NCBI GenBank assembly: GCA_039621445.1
Contig: CP154954.1
Span: 43,751,847 to 43,815,846 of the forward strand
Reading direction: 5' to 3'
Length of the DNA stretch: 64,000 nt
Source of the DNA: Euglena gracilis
Taxonomy: Eukaryota
A model generated the notes under the pieces. The model did no database searches, was not told the DNA's origin, and saw only the letters and a list, made by a program, of their open reading frames with translations. Made by a program: the position numbers and the translations under genes. Positions 59,832 to 64,000 of the stretch are shown here, piece by piece (position 1 is the first letter of the stretch; the number at the start of each line of letters is the position of its first letter).

Positions 59832-60253
59832 CTCTGGCTCATTGAGTAAACCCCCCCAAATAATACCCCCCGGGGTATTATTTTTTCGCCCGAAGTCCCG
59901 GCCCGAGGGGGGGTATTATTTGGGGGGGGGTGTTATTTTCCCAAATTTTTCGAAATTTTTCGAAGTCCCGTAAAACCCAAAATAGCACCCAAAACCGCCC
60001 TTTGGGGTCATTTTTTGCACTTTCTTGTGAAATTTACCTTTTTTTGGAGGTCAGATGAGCCAGAAAAATCCATTTTTTTCATAATTTGTTGTCAGAAATT
60101 GTGATTTTTACCTATATTTTTAGGTCAAAAATCCGGGCCTTCGGCCCGAAACCAGGGGGGGGGGGTATTATTTCGGCGGCCGAATTCGGACCCCAAGGGC
60201 CAAAATTGGCTTGTAGCTGAACCAAAAAAAAATGCGTCACTTGGGGTCTAGGT

Positions 60254-61369
60254 ATGCACCATCCGGGGAGAGAAGGTCTTCACATTGCCAAAACGAAAGT
60301 AGTCCCGTGGAGCCCAGGGAGTGGCATTGTCCTACTTGGAACACCGGCAACATACCCACAAGCCACAAAAAATGAATTTTTGAAGACATTCTGGGCAGCC
60401 AAACGGCTTGAACTGAGATGTTTGCTGCGCCGAATTTCTGTTCTGGGGCACTCTCAGTATGAACATTGCTTACTCAGGTCCTCACCAGATGTATGTCGCA
60501 TCATGCACTTGCTCCAAACCACAGATACCACACACGTTCAACAAACACTACGCGACATTAATCATGACCTATCGGAGGCCGTTGAGAATATGATCGGATG
60601 CTCATTACCTGAAGATCAAGCAGAACAAGTCTTCTTGCCAACAAAACTGGCTGGACTTGGCATCAAGTCACCCCTTCACCATCAGCATGTGGCGCGACTC
60701 TGCTGTATTGCCAGCTATGGAGGCTAGGCACAGCGGGGGGGGGGGGGGAGTGGGGGGGGGGGGGGGGAGCGGCCGCGCGGGCGGCCCCGCGCGGGGGGAG
60801 GGGGGGGGGAGGGGGGTCCGAGGGCGGCCGCGCGGGCGGAGCGCATTCTAAAATCGGTGATTGCCGGGTCCAAAAAGTGGTCATCTTTTGCCATTTTTGG
60901 GCCATTTTGACCAAAAAAGTGCTTTTTGGCCGCGCGCAGAGCGCGCGGCCCCCAAATTTGCCATTTTGTGTCCGAAAATGGTCATTTTGGGTCATTTTTG
61001 GGCCTCAAAAAATCGCGATTTTAACCAAAATTTTTTTTCTTGGCTATGCTAGGCACAGGGGGGAGGGGGGGGGGTCCAGGGGGGGGGCGAGCGGCGCGGG
61101 GCGGCCGCGCGGGGGGGGGGGGGGGGGGGGGGGTCCCGGACCCCCCCCGAGCGGCGCGCCTAGCCTCCTATGTGCACAACAAAAACCAATATCACAGCGC
61201 ATTTCCTAGTAACATGGCAGAAAAGCAATTTCAACATCATGTCACAACACTACGGGCATACCTTGGACAAGAAGTACAACCGCTGAAGGATTGGTCACAC
61301 AACCCTGCAATAGTTGGCGGACCGGCCGCTGCAGCTTCCGTTGCCAATTACTGCTGCTGTTGTATATAG
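60254..61369 (+). mobile_element. Non-LTR retrotransposon fragment (CRE/SLACS-like region C-terminal to the RT core), interrupted by a MITE
   Basis: GLHIAKTK...GIVLLGTP...LLRSS...RIMHLL...QVFLPTKLAGLGI resembles the LPxxxGGLG motif. The frame resumes after the 60719-61168 insertion. Confidence 0.7.
60719..61168. mobile_element. MITE with 11-bp TIR and 3-bp TSD (TAT)
   Basis: TIR GGAGGCTAGGC / GCCTAGCCTCC. TAT at 60716-60718 and 61169-61171. Confidence 0.85.
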
Positions 61370-62596
61370 CGGACTACATAGCGCGGATTCACAAATTCAG
61401 CATCAAAATAGCTCAAACCGCTCTCTAACTGTTCTGATGTTTTCCACTGCAGGCTCCCTCTCTGTACCTATGGTTTCAATTCAAGATTGCGCTTGCTGAA
61501 CCAAGTCCAAGGTCAAATTGCATCAATTTTCAAAAAAAAAAAAAAAAAAAAAAAAAAAACAAAAATCCCAAGGGCGGAGCAAGCAAAAGATCAAAAGATT
61601 GGCTATCTGCTGGCGCTGGAGGAGCAGTACAAGCAAAAAAGGTGTTGGTGCTGGGGTACAAGAAGCTCAAGGGACGCCAAGCCGGACTCCCCCCTCCAAC
61701 CACTCCCCAAAAAAAGGAGGGCCTTCGGTCCCCGGGAAACAAATCCTGCGTGGGAAGGGGAGTATCCCGAACCTACCCCTCTCCCCAAAGCCCATCGCGC
61801 CTACCCCCCACCCCGCCGGTACCCCCTCACGGACCCCCGGTGGCAGCTTCTAAAAATATTATAAATTAAACTGGGTGTTTCTGGGTTTTTCCCTTGAAAT
61901 GAGTACCCCCCCCCAAATAGAGGGGGGGTCACGTTAGGGGGTGGGGAGTCCTCAAGCCCCCCCCCCCAATTGTCCACCCCCCCCCCCATGTCTCACCCCC
62001 CTCCACCCTTCAGGCACAAAAAAAGTGGCCGGCCCAGGGAAGCGGACATTTTGGGGGGGGTCAAATTTGCTTTCGGCGCCTTCGGTGTCGCAAATTTCCA
62101 CTTTCTTTGAGGGGGCAATTTTGGCAAAACGTTTTGGTCACCTTGGGGGGGGGGGCACTGAGAGGGGGGTGAGGCATTTCCCCCTGTGCATGTGACGATT
62201 CTTTCCGCACCTTCTGCAGATTCAATTTCAAGAAAAGAGGATTTATTGAGGTTGAGATTTACCAGTGGAACCTGATTTTGAAGATTTGGATGATGATTGC
62301 TACGAAGGTGCTGTCTCTCACGAGGTCAAAAATGGCACTATTGAGTGTTCTTTGATTCAGCAAGGGAAAGCACGAGGTTTGACAGAAATTTAAACAATGG
62401 CCAATTTTGCTTTTAGTGGGGTTTTTTTGAACCCCACTTTATTTTTTTTTTGCCAATCAACGGAACCAAAATCTTGTGGTGACCCAAAGGTGGAAAAGGT
62501 GTTGGGGGATGCAAAAGGAAAACGGCAGATCGATGAACATCATAACAGTATGTTATCATGTTATGTCTGGTAGCATTCTGTTAGTGTGCTATCATA

Positions 62597-62764
62597 CCAC
62601 CCCCCCCCTTATTGTCCCCCCCCCCTTATTGTCCCTGGGCCCCGGCCGACGGGGGATTTTTTGGCCCGGCCAATGAAAATTCCTTTGGTACCCCCTTATT
62701 GTCCCCCCCCTTATTGTCCGGTCGGGCCTCCCGGGGAGAAGTGGGTGGGACAATAAGGGGGGGG
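62597..62764. mobile_element. Short TA-flanked MITE with CCCCTTATTGTCC repeats
   Basis: TA|CCACCCCCCCCCTTATTGTCC ... GGACAATAAGGGGGGG|TA. Confidence 0.7.
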
Positions 62765-62974
62765 TATTGGATCATTTTTCAGATGTGAGATTGAGGCAAG
62801 CGTTCCAGGAAAAGCCGCCCGAAATTTGCACCGGAAAATTGCCGAAATTTCGCTGTTCGGGGGTGTTGACCAGCAGTTGTTCCGGCGATAATCGGGTTTC
62901 TGGGGCCCGGGAGCCCAGCTAACCCGCTCCCGGAGGCTAGTCACATTTATTGGCAACCCCCCTTTTCTTGGGAT

Positions 62975-63915
62975 TAAGCCGGCGTTTGAGACGCCGGGCT
63001 CAGGACAGAACCGGCGTCCCCCCCCACGGGCTTTCGGACGCCGGTTCTGTCCTAAAGCCCGGCGTTAGGAACGCCGGCTTTGTCCAAAGCCCGGCGTCCG
63101 ATTTTCATTCCTAAAAATGTCACCAAAAGTGCCCAAAAGTGGCCCTAAGGTGCTGGTATGACTGTTTTAACCATGTAGGACAATGAATTTTGCCATTTGG
63201 GGACCAGCGGGGTGGATGTCCAAATTTGGTGGGAATTGGCCCAGATTTCGATATAGAGTACCGTGCGGCGTGGAAAGATCTGATGAGCACCGCTGGTCGT
63301 CTGTTGAAAAGAGCTTTCGATCGAGGGGTAACTTGGTACCCTAATGTTGCACGCAGCCCGAGATACGCTCGCGATCGTCGGATCGGCCAGAATCTGAGTC
63401 GAAATTTGTCGCAATTTTCAGTGATTTTTGGTTTAAGATGCTTAATAAACCCTACAGAAACGTTTTTCCTCTTCGAATCAACGACCTGAGGGGGCACCAG
63501 AGTTGTGAAATTAGGATTCCCCACTGACAGAAAATAAGAGCTCCAGGCGACGTGGCTGAATTTGGTGGTGACCGCCAGTCGTCTGATGAAAAGAGCTTTC
63601 GATCGAGGGGTGATTTTATACCTGGACGATTGACACAGCCAGAAATACCCTCGCGATCGCCGGAATTTGGTGAAGTGCAAAGTGGTGTGACATTGCAGAT
63701 AAGTGGTCGTAGATTGGTCCTGGGAGTGTCCTTTGGCCGAAGGGTGGGGACGCCGGTTCTGTCCTGAGCCCGGCGTCTCTAAAACGCCGGCTTAAACAAG
63801 AGGTCTCGGACGCCGGTTCTGTCCAAAGCCCGGCGTTCCAAACGCCGGTTCTGTCCGAAGGACGGAACCGGCGTTTGGAACGCCGGGCTTTGGACAGAAC
63901 CGGCGTCCGAGACCT
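62975..63915. repeat. Element with ACGCCGGTTCTGTCC arrays at both ends and an internal about 110-bp direct repeat
   Basis: Motif clusters in both orientations at 62975-63100 and 63745-63915. CGTCTG(T/A)TGAAAAGAGCTTTCGATCGAGGGGT at about 63298 and about 63580. Confidence 0.6.
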
Positions 63916-64000
63916 CTTTTTTGTAGTAGAGGCAATCTGGCCCCGAAAATCACGCCCCCACGCCTCAATTTCACAGATAAAAAATTGTTAAAACTTTGCA

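Overview
Eukaryotic, repeat-saturated genomic DNA, most likely from a euglenid. Short GC3-rich exons are separated mostly by non-GT-AG introns whose ends base-pair (CAG at +4..+6 with CTG at -8..-6), the hallmark of euglenid nonconventional introns. Two multi-exon genes can be rebuilt by hand on the + strand. (1) 9537-21852: 14 exons, about 655 aa, three tandem family I soluble inorganic pyrophosphatase domains plus a C-terminal coiled coil; the third domain carries two active-site substitutions. (2) 34603-51481: 12 exons, about 424 aa, degenerate EF-hand-like N-terminus fused to a CEP19-like C-terminal domain; a 3'-truncated paralog lies at 5403-7721 inside a segmental duplication. The rest is TE material: a Tc1-like remnant, a frameshifted DIRS-like retroelement (RT-RNaseH-MT-YR), a CRE-like non-LTR fragment, many MITEs and microsatellites. 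The most notable observation is that several MITEs end in CAG...CTG and make 8-bp target duplications. The intron geometry (3 nt before CAG + 5 nt after CTG = 8 nt) would splice such an insertion out seamlessly, which suggests a direct transposon-to-intron route. All exon boundaries are manual inferences and need RNA data.
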